Positions 29,229 to 39,287 of a stretch of 64,000 nucleotides of DNA are shown one piece after another. The DNA comes from Patescibacteria group bacterium (GTDB taxonomy: Bacteria; Patescibacteriota; Patescibacteriia; JACRDY01), in contig JBAZBH010000001.1 in the NCBI GenBank assembly GCA_041671565.1, positions 71,552 to 135,551 of the forward strand, read 5' to 3'. The notes under the pieces were generated by a model. It was not told where the DNA came from and did not search any database. It worked only from the letters and a program-made list of their open reading frames with translations. Position 1 is the stretch's first letter, and each line of letters starts with the position of its first letter. Made by a program: the position numbers and the translations under genes.

Positions 29229-30036
29229 AATAAACAAGCAATAAAACTAAAACGCCCAGAATTATCCGATACCAGCCGAAAATTGCTAAGGAATGATTTT
29301 CCAAATATTTCAAAAAGTATTTCAAGCAAAAGTAGCCGACTAATGCCGCGCTGACTAAACCCACGGCAAATAATAAAGCTTCGCCGCTTGGCAGGCCGAC
29401 TTTTGATAAATCATAAAACTTTTTCAACCCGGCGCCGAAAACCGCCGGAATGGACAAGAGAAAAGAAAACCGCGCCGCGTCGGCTCTTTTCAGATTCTGC
29501 CCCAAACCTGTTATAATAGTAATACCGCTCCGAGAAACACCGGGGATTAGAGCCAGCGCTTGCGCGAGGCCAACAGCAATAGCGCCGCCCCACGAGATAT
29601 TTTCCAGGCTACGATTTTTCAAACTGACTTTCTCTAAAACAAAAAATAAACCGCCGACCGCTATCAGCCAAATTGCCACGCTTTGTGGCGAGCCAAAATA
29701 CTGCGCTAGCAAATCCTCGGCGAGAAAACCGACAATTACAGCCGGAATAGTCGCGACCAAAATCATCCAGGCTAATTTCGCCTCAAAATTACTTTTCCGG
29801 CTGTTGCCGCGAAAACTGCCAAACCAAGCTTTCAATAATTTAACTATATCCGACCAGAAAAATATCAAAAGAGCCGCCAGTGTTCCCCAGTGCAGAGCCA
29901 CATCAAAACTGAGCGAATCGCCCAACTGCAAATCAAAAAAATGGTGCAAAATCACCAAGTGGCCGGAGCTGGAAACCGGCAGGAACTCGGCTAGGCCCTG
30001 AATGGCGCCGAAGAGGAGGGAGTAGATGGTTAGCAT
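29221..30036 (-). CDS. uppP: Undecaprenyl-diphosphate phosphatase
   Basis: N-terminus GAIQGLAEFLPVSSSGHLVI; 271-aa polytopic protein. Confidence 0.85.
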   Translation of the reverse strand: MLTIYSLLFGAIQGLAEFLPVSSSGHLVILHHFFDLQLGDSLSFDVALHWGTLAALLIFFWSDIVKLLKAWFGSFRGNSRKSNFEAKLAWMILVATIPAVIVGFLAEDLLAQYFGSPQSVAIWLIAVGGLFFVLEKVSLKNRSLENISWGGAIAVGLAQALALIPGVSRSGITIITGLGQNLKRADAARFSFLLSIPAVFGAGLKKFYDLSKVGLPSGEALLFAVGLVSAALVGYFCLKYFLKYLENHSLAIFGWYRIILGVLVLLLVYYA

Positions 30037-30069
30037 AGAAAAGATTTAGGATTTAAGAATGGTGGTGAT

Positions 30070-30190
30070 TGATGTTAAGACTAATAATCAAGATATCACA
30101 TAACATGGAACACATAACAAGAGACCTATAACCACCCTTGCTTGCCCCGCGCATGCTGGGGTTCCATGTTATGTGTTATGTGATTTTAAC
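30070..30190. repeat. Intergenic repeat, family E (atcacataacatggaacacataacaagagacctataaccaccc, about 130 bp); inverted copy at 55905-56010
   Basis: Reverse-complement identity between the two loci; this copy carries an extra central GC hairpin ccccgcgcatgctgggg. Confidence 0.8.
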
Positions 30191-30262
30191 CAAGTTATAT
30201 CGCTAAGATGCTAATTTACCGACCATTCTTAAATCCTAAATCTTAAATCTTAAATCTCCTTT

Positions 30263-30691
30263 ATGACTTATTGGATTTTTCTCTTACCAATCATCGCCGC
30301 TGTCTTGGCACAAGCGATCAAAGTCGTCATCGAACTTTTTCACGGCAATTTCTCCTGGCATGTCTTGAAAAAATACGGCGGCTGGCCTTCATCGCACAGC
30401 GCGCTGGTTTTTGGCCTGCTGGGTGAAATGGCTTATGCCGAAAGCTTTTATTCAGCGGCTTTCGCGGTCGCCCTGGTTTTAACTATTTTAATCGTCCGCG
30501 ACGCCACCGGCTACCGCCGCGACTTGGACCGCCACGCCACGATTATCAACCAAATCGCCGAATCTCTGCCCGCCACTAAACAAATTAAATTGCCTCATTT
30601 AGACAACACTCTTGCCCACACGCCCGGCCAAATTGTCGCTGGCGCCGCCGTTGGTCTATTAACCGTCATTATTGGCAATCTTCTTATCTGA
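30263..30691 (+). CDS. Divergent PAP2 / DUF212 membrane protein
   Basis: GGWPSSHSA motif; 142-aa membrane protein. Confidence 0.6.
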   Translation: MTYWIFLLPIIAAVLAQAIKVVIELFHGNFSWHVLKKYGGWPSSHSALVFGLLGEMAYAESFYSAAFAVALVLTILIVRDATGYRRDLDRHATIINQIAESLPATKQIKLPHLDNTLAHTPGQIVAGAAVGLLTVIIGNLLI

Positions 30692-30916
30692 CAAGAAACA
30701 ATAAAAAATCTAGTTCCAAATTCTAAATCCAAAATTATAAATAACAAACAAATTATAAATTCAGAAATCTTAAGCAATAAACGGCTACAGCGGGGTTTAA
30801 AATTTATTAATTTAATGCTTATGATTTATTTGTTATTTATAATTTTGAATTTATGATTTCTTTGAATTAAGAATTAGGGTATTAATTGGCAATTCTTAAT
30901 TATTAATTCTTAATTT

Positions 30917-31761
30917 TTAATTCCCCTTTTGGCATCGCGGACAATAATGCGTCCCGCGGCCGTTTAATTTTATCTTCTCAATTTTGGTCCGGCAAACTTT
31001 ACAAGGCTGGCCGCCGCGGCCATAAACTTTCAAATACGGCAGGAAGCCGCCCTTAGTGCCGTCAGTCCGGACAAAATCGTCGGCCGAAGTGCCGCCTTTT
31101 TTTATTGACAGTTTTAAAATCCGGCTAATGGCCGTGAATAACAGTTTAACCTCTTTTTCTTTTAAAGTTTTAATCTGGCGCGTGGGCAAAATCCGGGCGG
31201 CAAAACAGCTTTCATCGGCGTAGATATTACCGACGCCGGCAATCAGCTTTTGGTCTAGGAGCAACTGCTTTATCTTGCGGTTGGGGTAACGCGCCAAAAC
31301 TTTTTTAAAATTTAAAAAGGTGAATGCCGGTGTTAGCGGCTCGATGCCGTGCTGGCCGCTAATCGCGTCCAATTGTTTTTGGCTGACCAGCTTCAACCAA
31401 CCGAATTTCCGCACATCATTAAAAAATAAACGCGAGCCGCCGGTAAAATTAAAAATAATATGGCTGAAGCGATTGGGCGGCCGCCAACCGCCGTTACGCG
31501 CCCGCTCTTTTGCCGATAAACTAACTGGCCGGTAAGTTTTAAGTGAATCAAGAGATAATCGCCACCGCTTAACTCCAAAATAATCATTTTCGCCCGGCGG
31601 CTGACGGCTTTAATCTTCTGCCCGGCTAAAATCTGATTCAGTCGACTAGCCGGCAGATTAACCATTTTGGGCGCGTCAATTTTCATCGCCCGAATCACCC
31701 GGTTCCTGATTTTCCGGTCCAGCTCGCGCGCGATGGTTTCGACTTCAGGCAACTCGGGCAT
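30917..31761 (-). pseudogene. fpg: Formamidopyrimidine-DNA glycosylase, frameshifted (two overlapping ORFs, 31393-31761 and 30917-31414)
   Basis: N-terminus MPELPEVETIAREL; C-terminus H2TH plus CPRCQ zinc finger. Frames join if one C is added to the ccc run at about 31468-31478; the restored reading gives HIIFNFTGGSRLFFNDVRKFGW, matching the Fpg core. Confidence 0.7.
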
Positions 31762-32002
31762 AACGAACGGGGATTTAAGATTTAAGAAAGTCGGTAATTT
31801 GTGTTTAAACCTCTGAACTTAGTTAAAATGTCCAATGACAAAATCCAAACGTCCAATCAAATCCCAATGACTAATGTCCAATAACGAAGTTTTGGCATTG
31901 GACATTGATTGGACATTTGAGCTTGGGCATTGGGCATTTAAAAGTGAATTTTACCGCGAAAACGCTGATTTACCCGTATTCTTAAATCTTAAATCTTACT
32001 TC

Positions 32003-33583
32003 TTAAATCAATGGTTCCCCCGTCATCTCCTTCGGCTTCTTCAGCTTCATGATTTTCAGAATCGTCGGCGCCACATCAGCGAGCAGACCACCGGGTGATT
32101 GTAGCGACAAATCGCCGCCAATACTGGCGCCGGCGCCGCCGGTCTGGCCTTCCCAGTCTTTACCGACCACGATAAAAGGCACCGGATTGGTCGTGTGGTC
32201 TTTAACCGCTTCACCGGTCTGGAGATTAACTTTTTCCTCGGCATTACCGTGGTCAGCGGTAATCACCACTACCCCGCCGCGCGCCAAGGTTAAATCAACC
32301 ACTCGGCCCAGACAATTATCTACAAACTCCACCGCTTCAATCGTCGCTTTGATATCGCCGGTATGACCGACCATATCCGCGTTGGCGTAATTCACCACGA
32401 TAAAATCATATTTATCGCTTTTAATTTCTTTCAACAACCGATCGGTTATTTCTCCGGCTGACATCTCGGGCTTTTGGTTATAAAACGGTACGCGCGGCGA
32501 TGGAATCACCACCTGGTCTTCGCCCGGATACTTAATGTCCTGCAGGCCGTTGAGAAAAAAAGTGACATGGGCATATTTTTCGGTCTCCGCGAGATGCAAT
32601 TGTTTCAGCTTGGCGTCAGATATGGCTTTGGCCAGAGTTTCCTTAACCGCTTCCGGCGGAAAAGCCACCTCGACCGGCAAATCCTTTTCGTATTCCATCA
32701 ATGTCGCAAAAAATAAATTGGGCAAATACTTTCTTTCAAATTTATCAAATTCCGGCAAAACGAAGGCTTTAGTCAATTGGCGCGACCGCTCGGCGCGAAA
32801 GTTAAAAAAGATTACGGCGTCACCATCACTAACGGTTGCCACCGGCTGACCATCTTTGGTAATCACTGTCGGCAAAAACTGCTCGTCATAAATTTTATTT
32901 TTGTATGACTTGGCAATCGCCTCGGCCGCATCGCTAAAAGTGTTCTCGCTTTTGCCTTCGGCAATCGCCCGATAAGCGAGCTCAGTCCGTTCCCAATGGT
33001 TGTCCCGGTCCATGGCATAATATCGGCCGCAGAGGCTCGCCACTTGGCCGATTCCCAGTTCCTTCATTTTCGCTTCCGCTTTAGCGATAAAATCTTCGGC
33101 GACATTCGGCAAGGTGTCGCGGCCGTCGAGAAAAGCATGGAGATAGACTTCCTTCACCCCTTCTTTTTTGGCTAAGTCCAAAAGCGCCAGCAAATGATCG
33201 AGGTGAGAATGGACTCCGCCCTCGGAAACCAAACCGAGTAAATGCAATTTGGATTTATTTTTCTTTACTTCGGCGCAAGCTTTTTTCAGAACTTTATTTT
33301 TAAAAAATGACCCGTCGCCAATCGCGTGGTTTATCCGCGACAGATTTTGATAAAAAATCTGCCCGGCGCCAATCGTCAAATGGCCAACTTCGCTGTTGCC
33401 CACCTGGCCGAAACTCAAACCCACCTCTTCGGCCGAAGCCCTGAGGGTGATAGCCGGATAGGTCGCGGCGAGACGGTTCATTACCGGCGTTTTGGCGCTG
33501 GCGATGGCATTGCCTTCACCGGCAGGCGCCACGCCATAGCCGTCTAAGATCACTAAAACTACCGGTTTTGGCCGATTGGGCAT
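32003..33583 (-). CDS. gpmI: 2,3-bisphosphoglycerate-independent phosphoglycerate mutase
   Basis: VVLVILDGYGVAPAGEGNAI...ITADHGNAE; 526 aa. Confidence 0.9.
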   Translation of the reverse strand: MPNRPKPVVLVILDGYGVAPAGEGNAIASAKTPVMNRLAATYPAITLRASAEEVGLSFGQVGNSEVGHLTIGAGQIFYQNLSRINHAIGDGSFFKNKVLKKACAEVKKNKSKLHLLGLVSEGGVHSHLDHLLALLDLAKKEGVKEVYLHAFLDGRDTLPNVAEDFIAKAEAKMKELGIGQVASLCGRYYAMDRDNHWERTELAYRAIAEGKSENTFSDAAEAIAKSYKNKIYDEQFLPTVITKDGQPVATVSDGDAVIFFNFRAERSRQLTKAFVLPEFDKFERKYLPNLFFATLMEYEKDLPVEVAFPPEAVKETLAKAISDAKLKQLHLAETEKYAHVTFFLNGLQDIKYPGEDQVVIPSPRVPFYNQKPEMSAGEITDRLLKEIKSDKYDFIVVNYANADMVGHTGDIKATIEAVEFVDNCLGRVVDLTLARGGVVVITADHGNAEEKVNLQTGEAVKDHTTNPVPFIVVGKDWEGQTGGAGASIGGDLSLQSPGGLLADVAPTILKIMKLKKPKEMTGEPLI

Positions 33584-33590
33584 AAACTTT

Positions 33591-35153
33591 TTATTTAATT
33601 AAACTGTCTCCCCGCATTTCCGGGAGCTTTTTAACTTCCAATATTTCCAAGATAGTCGGAGCGATATCGCCCAGACATCCCCTATTTAACCTCTTTTTAC
33701 GCCAATTGTCACTAGCGAGAATAAACGGCACCGGATTCTTACTGTGTTCGGTAATAATCTCGCCGGTCTTTAAATCCAGCATTTGATCGCAATTGCCGTG
33801 GTCGGAAGTTACTGCTAAGTTGCCGCCGCGGGCTTTAACCGCTTGATAAATTTTCCCGAGGCACTCGTCAACCACTTCCAGACCCTTAACCGTTGCCGGA
33901 ATATTGCCGGTGTGGCCGAGCATATCCGGATTGGCAAAATTAACCGCCATAAAATCATACTGTTGATTTTTCAAAGCTTTAAGCAAATGCGAGGTAATCG
34001 GCCGAGCGCTCATTGCCGGCTGGCGGTCATAATGAGCAGCGCTAATCGACGGAATCTTCAGCCGCTCCTCGCCGGCGACCGGATCGGCGTAACCGCCGTT
34101 GAAAAAATAAGTAACATGGGCGTATTTTTCTTCTTCGGCCAAATAAAGCTGGCGGTAAGATTTTAACGCCATTGGCAAGGTGCCGAGTAAGTCAATTGAC
34201 GGATAGGCGGTAATGATTGAATCCAGATCCGGCCCGAAATCAGCTAAAGCGACAAAAAATAAATTTTTAAGTGTTTTCCGCCGCCGGAAGCCGCCGCGTT
34301 TTTCAAAATCTTTTTGGACAAAGGGCTTGGCGAGCTGCCTAGCGCGGTCGGACCGCAGATTGAAAAAAAAGAGCGCGTCGCTGTCTTTGATGGTCCCGCC
34401 CGGGCGGCCTTGATAATAAACCACTGATGGCGGAATAAATTCATCCGTCTCCTGCCGGCCATAAGCGTGCAAAATCGCGTCTTCAGAATTATCCACCCGA
34501 TAACCCTCGCCGAGTACCATGGCGTTATAAGCTTTCTCGGTGCGGTCCCAAGCCTTCTTGCGGTCCATGGCGTAAAACCGCCCCATGACGCTCGCCACGA
34601 TCTCGCCGTTTTTAAAACTAGATTTTAACCGGCGCAAAAGTTTGATTGCCAGATACGGCGGCGAATCGCGCCCATCAGTAAATAAATGCAGAAATATCTT
34701 TTTGACTCCGCGTTCGCGCAAAAATTTTAAGAGCGCTTGCAAATGACGCGGATCGGCGTGCGCTGACTGGTCGTTGCAGAGTAGGCCCATTAAATGCACC
34801 TGGGAATTATTGCGCTTGACATGCTTAATCGCGCCCAAGAAAGCCGGATTTTTAAAAAAAGTGCCGTCAGTGATACTGGCAGTAATCCGCGTCGAGTCTT
34901 GAGTAACCACTCGCCCGCCGCCGATATTCATGTGCCCGGCTTCGCTGTTGCCCGCTTGCTTACTCGGTAGCCCGACAAAACGACCGGAAGCCTGCAATTC
35001 TGTATGTGGATACCTTTGCCAAAGATGCTTAAAAACCGGCATCTTGGCGAGGCTGATGGCGTTGGCCTTTGATGGCGGAGCGATGCCGAAGCCGTCGAGG
35101 ATACAAAGAACAGCGGGTTTTATTATTTTGGAATGTCCTGAATTCATATTCAA
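33591..35153 (-). CDS. Second iPGM paralog
   Basis: AVLCILDGFGIAPPSKANAI...VTSDHGNCD; 520 aa; in tandem with gpmI. Confidence 0.8.
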   Translation of the reverse strand: MNMNSGHSKIIKPAVLCILDGFGIAPPSKANAISLAKMPVFKHLWQRYPHTELQASGRFVGLPSKQAGNSEAGHMNIGGGRVVTQDSTRITASITDGTFFKNPAFLGAIKHVKRNNSQVHLMGLLCNDQSAHADPRHLQALLKFLRERGVKKIFLHLFTDGRDSPPYLAIKLLRRLKSSFKNGEIVASVMGRFYAMDRKKAWDRTEKAYNAMVLGEGYRVDNSEDAILHAYGRQETDEFIPPSVVYYQGRPGGTIKDSDALFFFNLRSDRARQLAKPFVQKDFEKRGGFRRRKTLKNLFFVALADFGPDLDSIITAYPSIDLLGTLPMALKSYRQLYLAEEEKYAHVTYFFNGGYADPVAGEERLKIPSISAAHYDRQPAMSARPITSHLLKALKNQQYDFMAVNFANPDMLGHTGNIPATVKGLEVVDECLGKIYQAVKARGGNLAVTSDHGNCDQMLDLKTGEIITEHSKNPVPFILASDNWRKKRLNRGCLGDIAPTILEILEVKKLPEMRGDSLIK

Positions 35154-35254
35154 GCCAATAACTATATTTTAGAATGACCAATATCCAAATCCCAATGACC
35201 AATAACTTCTAAGCTTAATTGGATATTGGGATTTGGATATTGGTCATTTTTCTT

Positions 35255-36508
35255 TTAAATCTCCTTTTCAATTTCCAATAATTTATTGTATTTGGCCACC
35301 CTCTCTCCCCGATCCGGCGCGCCGGCTTTAATGTATTCGGCGTTGATCGCCACCGCCAAGTCGGCAATAAAATCATCGTTAGTCTCGCCGGAACGGTGGG
35401 AAATTACCACTTGATAATTATTCTTTTTAGCGAGCTCGATGCAACGCAAAGTTTCGCTGACCGTGCCAATTTGATTAAGTTTAATCAGAATGGCATTGGC
35501 GGTTTTATTCTCAATTCCCTTTTGTAATCTTTCTTGATTGGTTGCGAATAAATCATCGCCCACCAACATTAACTTCCGGCCTAGTTTTTTGGTTAACTCT
35601 TGCCAGCCCGCCCAGTCATCCTCTTGCAACGGATCTTCGAGTGACAAGAGCGGATATTTTTCCGTCCAAGCGGCAAAAAAATTGATTAATTCGGTCGGAC
35701 TGAAAATTTCTCCGGTTTTTAAAATATATTTTTTGCCTTTGGCTTGGTAAAACTCTGAAGCTGCCAAATCACTCGCCAGATAAATCTGCCGCCCTTGACG
35801 GTTATAGCCGGCCGCTTTGATGGCCGCTATCATCGCCTCTAAAGCTTCATCAGCTGAATTTAAAACCGGCGCGTAACCGCCTTCGTCACCCACGCCGGTT
35901 GCTAACCCTTTGGCTTTCAAAACTTTTTTTAAACTTTGGAAAATTTCCGCTCCGGCGCGCAATTTCTCGGAAAATTTATTTATACCCTTCGGCACCACCA
36001 TCAACTCTTGAAAAGTTAGATTATTCTCTGCATGCCGGCCGCCATTAATCAGATTGAACATCGGCGTCGGCAGTTTATAGCTGTCCAGTTTTAAATTGGT
36101 TAAGGTCCGGAGATAGCGGTATAACGGCTGGCCCTTGGCGACGGCCGCAGCGCGGGCAGAGGCCAGGCTGACGCCTAAAATCGCGTTCGCCCCCAGCCGG
36201 CTTTTGTTCGGCGTGCCGTCGAGCTTTAACATTAGTTGGTCAAGATATTCTTGTTTCTTGGCTTTTTTGCCAATCAAAGCCGGCGCGATTATTTCATTGA
36301 TATTCCGCACCGCTTTCAGAACGCCCAAACCGTTGTAGCGTTTGCGGTCGCCATCGCGCAGTTCCCAGGCCTCGTGCTTGCCGGTAGACGCGCCGGATGG
36401 CACCGCCGCCTTGACTCGAATTTTATTCTTTAAAATCAAATCGACTTCCACGGTCGGATTGCCCCGCGAGTCCAAAATTTCTCTTGCTTTAATGCTTTTT
36501 ATGCGCAT
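35255..36508 (-). CDS. eno: Enolase
   Basis: EILDSRGNPTVEVD N-terminus; 417 aa. Confidence 0.95.
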   Translation of the reverse strand: MRIKSIKAREILDSRGNPTVEVDLILKNKIRVKAAVPSGASTGKHEAWELRDGDRKRYNGLGVLKAVRNINEIIAPALIGKKAKKQEYLDQLMLKLDGTPNKSRLGANAILGVSLASARAAAVAKGQPLYRYLRTLTNLKLDSYKLPTPMFNLINGGRHAENNLTFQELMVVPKGINKFSEKLRAGAEIFQSLKKVLKAKGLATGVGDEGGYAPVLNSADEALEAMIAAIKAAGYNRQGRQIYLASDLAASEFYQAKGKKYILKTGEIFSPTELINFFAAWTEKYPLLSLEDPLQEDDWAGWQELTKKLGRKLMLVGDDLFATNQERLQKGIENKTANAILIKLNQIGTVSETLRCIELAKKNNYQVVISHRSGETNDDFIADLAVAINAEYIKAGAPDRGERVAKYNKLLEIEKEI

Positions 36509-36739
36509 ATTCTTTTTAATATTAAGTTTGGCTAGTTGATAATAATCTTCACTAATTACTCACGGTAATAACATTATCCGGCTGGCTGAAACGCGATGCG
36601 AATGCTACGAATTACATGCGAATGATGCGAATAATAGTATTGATATTATACCATAAAATCGCGGTTACTTAAACCATTCAAAAACCCGAGGAATCCCCGG
36701 GTTTTTCTTGATTCTTAATTCTTAATTCATAATTCTCTT

Positions 36740-37537
36740 TTACAACGATTCGTAACTCACCACCACATCTATAACTATTTCCTGATTGCCGGCCTGGATT
36801 TCGGGAGCAACGATTCCCCCGCCGCCCATACCCACGCTGCTTAGAGATTTATCATAAGCGTACGGAGGGGTATAACCGCCACTGCTTTCAGAGAAACTAA
36901 CCACTTTGCCGAGCTTGATACCGGCCGCCTTGGCGAGCGCTTCGGCTTTACTTTTGGCATTCTCCAGAGCTTTTAACCGCGCTTCCTGGCGATATTGTTC
37001 CGGCTCATCAATCGTGAAGCTCAAGCCACCGACATTATTGGCGCCCAGCTCGCCGGCCTTGGCAAAAATGTCGCCAACCTTACCCATATCGCGGACTTTA
37101 ACCAAAACGCTTTGGATAACTTGATAACCGCGCAAAGATTGTCGGCCATCCAAATAATCATACTGCGGATAAATGTTGTAGTCGGTCGTTTGAATGTCTT
37201 CGGCTTTAACTCCCATGCCTTTGATGGCAGCGATAATTTTGTTCATCTTGTCGTTGTTTTCCGTCTGCGCCGCGGCAACCGCTACTTTCTCGGTCTGCAC
37301 ACCGACAGTGAAAGTGGCAATATCCGGCAAAGCCGTCACCTTGCCTTCGCCGCTGATGCTGATGGTGTCGCGGATGTCGCCCTTGCCGATGTAGTCATAA
37401 GTCTTGTACCAATTGCGGATCAGTAAAACGCCGGCAACGATTACCAGCACCATTATCACTGACTTAAGCCCGCGAGTAACTGCTTCAGGCGAGCAACTGC
37501 CGCAACCGCAGCCGCCTTGATTTTTTTCATCGTACAT
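36740..37537 (-). CDS. SIMPL domain (DUF541) protein, membrane anchored
   Basis: N-terminal TM, then SIMPL-like fold and a Gly-rich tail. Confidence 0.6.
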   Translation of the reverse strand: MYDEKNQGGCGCGSCSPEAVTRGLKSVIMVLVIVAGVLLIRNWYKTYDYIGKGDIRDTISISGEGKVTALPDIATFTVGVQTEKVAVAAAQTENNDKMNKIIAAIKGMGVKAEDIQTTDYNIYPQYDYLDGRQSLRGYQVIQSVLVKVRDMGKVGDIFAKAGELGANNVGGLSFTIDEPEQYRQEARLKALENAKSKAEALAKAAGIKLGKVVSFSESSGGYTPPYAYDKSLSSVGMGGGGIVAPEIQAGNQEIVIDVVVSYESL

Positions 37538-37830
37538 AGAGTTTTATTTAATATTATTAATTAGTATTCAAATTATAACATAAAAGCCAAAATTCAGATA
37601 CACGGGATTCAAAGCCAAAATTCAAAAGTCCCGCCTATGCCAAGGCTTCTGCCTACGCTGAAGCTTCGGCAGACAAGCCGGCGGGCATACAAAATTCAAA
37701 AGTGAAAGTTAAAACTAAAAACTCAATCTACTTTTGCCTTTTCAATTACCTTATCACTTTTCCACTTCGGGCTTGACATTTTTTGAGTATCGTCTTATTA
37801 TCAGTTATAACTTTCAACTGGAGGAAAAAC

Positions 37831-38013
37831 ATGGCTCTTTTTAGACAAGACAGCACAGGAATTACCTGCAACTATTGCGGCGATAACCGAACCTGGGACG
37901 AAGGTGAAGATCCGCCGGAAAGTTGCCGCAACCCGATGTGCTCCTCGCACCAACTGGCCACGCCGGCACCGCAAAACACGGAAAAACCGGCCGACGCCCC
38001 CGCGGCAAGCTGA
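37831..38013 (+). CDS. Small Cys-containing protein (60 aa)
   Basis: SD caactGGAGGaaaaacATG; contains CNYCG...CRNPMC. Confidence 0.45.
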   Translation: MALFRQDSTGITCNYCGDNRTWDEGEDPPESCRNPMCSSHQLATPAPQNTEKPADAPAAS

Positions 38014-38097
38014 GCCCATCAGCCACCGCGCCCCACGCCCTAACCGACAATCCTCTTGCCCAACAGCGGCACCGATCGTCGGTTTTTTTATCCACTA

Positions 38098-38130
38098 TTG
38101 ACTTATTGGCCGGCGAGTGTTAGTATGAAT
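38098..38130 (+). promoter_or_regulatory. Sigma70-like promoter (TTGACT, 17 bp spacer, TAGTAT)
   Basis: ttgacttattggccggcgagtgttagtatgaat, directly upstream of 38161. Confidence 0.45.
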
Positions 38131-38160
38131 TGTTATTTTCAAATTCAAAAATTGGGAGAA

Positions 38161-38367
38161 ATGATGATGAAAATGATGGTTGACGATTCAAAACCTGAAC
38201 GGCGAAAGCCCTATGCTCTTTCATGGACTTGCAAAAGATGCGGGAAAATAAACAATCGGGACCGGCGTCGTTGCCGATGCAACGAACCCAGATTCGCGAG
38301 TTGGATTGACTATCCAAACTTCGGTAAGCCGATTCTTAATCGGCCTCAACAAAAAAACAACAAATAG
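38161..38367 (+). CDS. Small zinc-ribbon protein (about 68 aa)
   Basis: SD GGGAGAA; CKRCGK...CRCNEPRF. Confidence 0.5.
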   Translation: MMMKMMVDDSKPERRKPYALSWTCKRCGKINNRDRRRCRCNEPRFASWIDYPNFGKPILNRPQQKNNK

Positions 38368-38417
38368 CGGTTACCAGCCAAACAGCGCTCGTAGCCGCTT
38401 TTCTTTTTAAATAAAAT

Positions 38418-38450
38418 AACCGACGAAAGCTTTAGTTCGTCGGTTTTACC
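38418..38450 (+). terminator. Rho-independent terminator (aaccgacgaa-agctttag-ttcgtcggtttt)
   Basis: Stem-loop then T-run. Confidence 0.65.
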
Positions 38451-38712
38451 TTATTGCCTAATTTTAAAATTAAATAACTAATAAACTGATTTGCAACAAC
38501 TTCACCTCCCAAACCAATGGGAATTGTTTTTCCCTCCCCGGCCGCCAGCGCTGTTAACAACTATTTCGCCCCGGACTCTTTCGGGACGAATGATTGTGTC
38601 GGGCAATTTTCCGCGTCAGTCTCCGGCATGACTTCATACCCGAGGCAATCCCCTTTTTCGCTGTCGGTTCTTTGCCGATAATACTTGCAATCTTTGCACT
38701 TAGGCATATTAA

Positions 38713-38736
38713 CCACGCTTTAGCGTGATTTTTTTG
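38713..38736 (+). terminator. Rho-independent terminator (cacgc-ttta-gcgtg then atttttttt) closing an unassigned plus-strand transcript
   Basis: Stem-loop then T-run; the upstream 38470-38712 has only a weak 58-aa ORF without an SD. Confidence 0.5.
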
Positions 38737-38815
38737 GACCAACTTCTATTATAACACCAAAACTGAGATTGCCAAGCCCGCCAAATTTAGCTTCAAAGTT
38801 CACCGCCGACCGAAC

Positions 38816-38997
38816 CTATAGACATCACCCTATGAAATAGCACTTTAGACGCCGCCGGAAATGATGAGCGGCGTCGGCCTGGAGCGGAAAAAAGCGGAAA
38901 TGTACTGGATGTACATTGAGAATTTTTTCCGTGAAGGCCAAGCCGCTCGCTTTTCCGGTGGATGGATAAGTGCTATTTCATAGGGTGATGTCTATAT
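38816..38997. mobile_element. MITE-like element: 30-bp perfect terminal inverted repeats (ctatagacatcaccctatgaaatagcactt / aagtgctatttcatagggtgatgtctatat) flanking about 120 bp of nested palindromes
   Basis: Direct reverse-complement comparison; no ORF inside. Confidence 0.5.
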
Positions 38998-39212
38998 ATC
39001 CACACAATTTTTCTAAATTCTTGACCGACCATTTTTAAACTGTTATACTTTTGTCTTCTTAAATAATTAATTTCTGATAAAAATATGAAAAAAGGTCAAA
39101 CCGCCGTCTATCAAGCAGAATCCGCTAGCTCTGAATCAACTGAAAAAGTTTGGACGCCGGAAGATTTGAAGATGATTAGATTGAAGAAAGAAGGATTAGC
39201 GGGATAGAAGTA

Positions 39213-39287
39213 AAAACAGATTTGCACAGATAGACACAGATCAGCACAGATCCGTAAATATCTGTGTGAATCTGTGCAAATCTGTGT
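39213..39287. repeat. CACAGAT-unit hairpin downstream of paralog 3
   Basis: cagatttgcacagatagacacagatcagcacagatccgtaaatatctgtgtgaatctgtgcaaatctgtg. Confidence 0.85.

Noticed and set aside
31393-31500. Programmed ribosomal frameshift in fpg.
   Set aside because: There is no slippery heptamer or stimulatory structure; a single-base indel in a C run explains it more simply.
38554-38742. Minus-strand 62-aa ORF.
   Set aside because: It overlaps a plus-strand intrinsic terminator and has a lysine/arginine-rich, low-complexity product.
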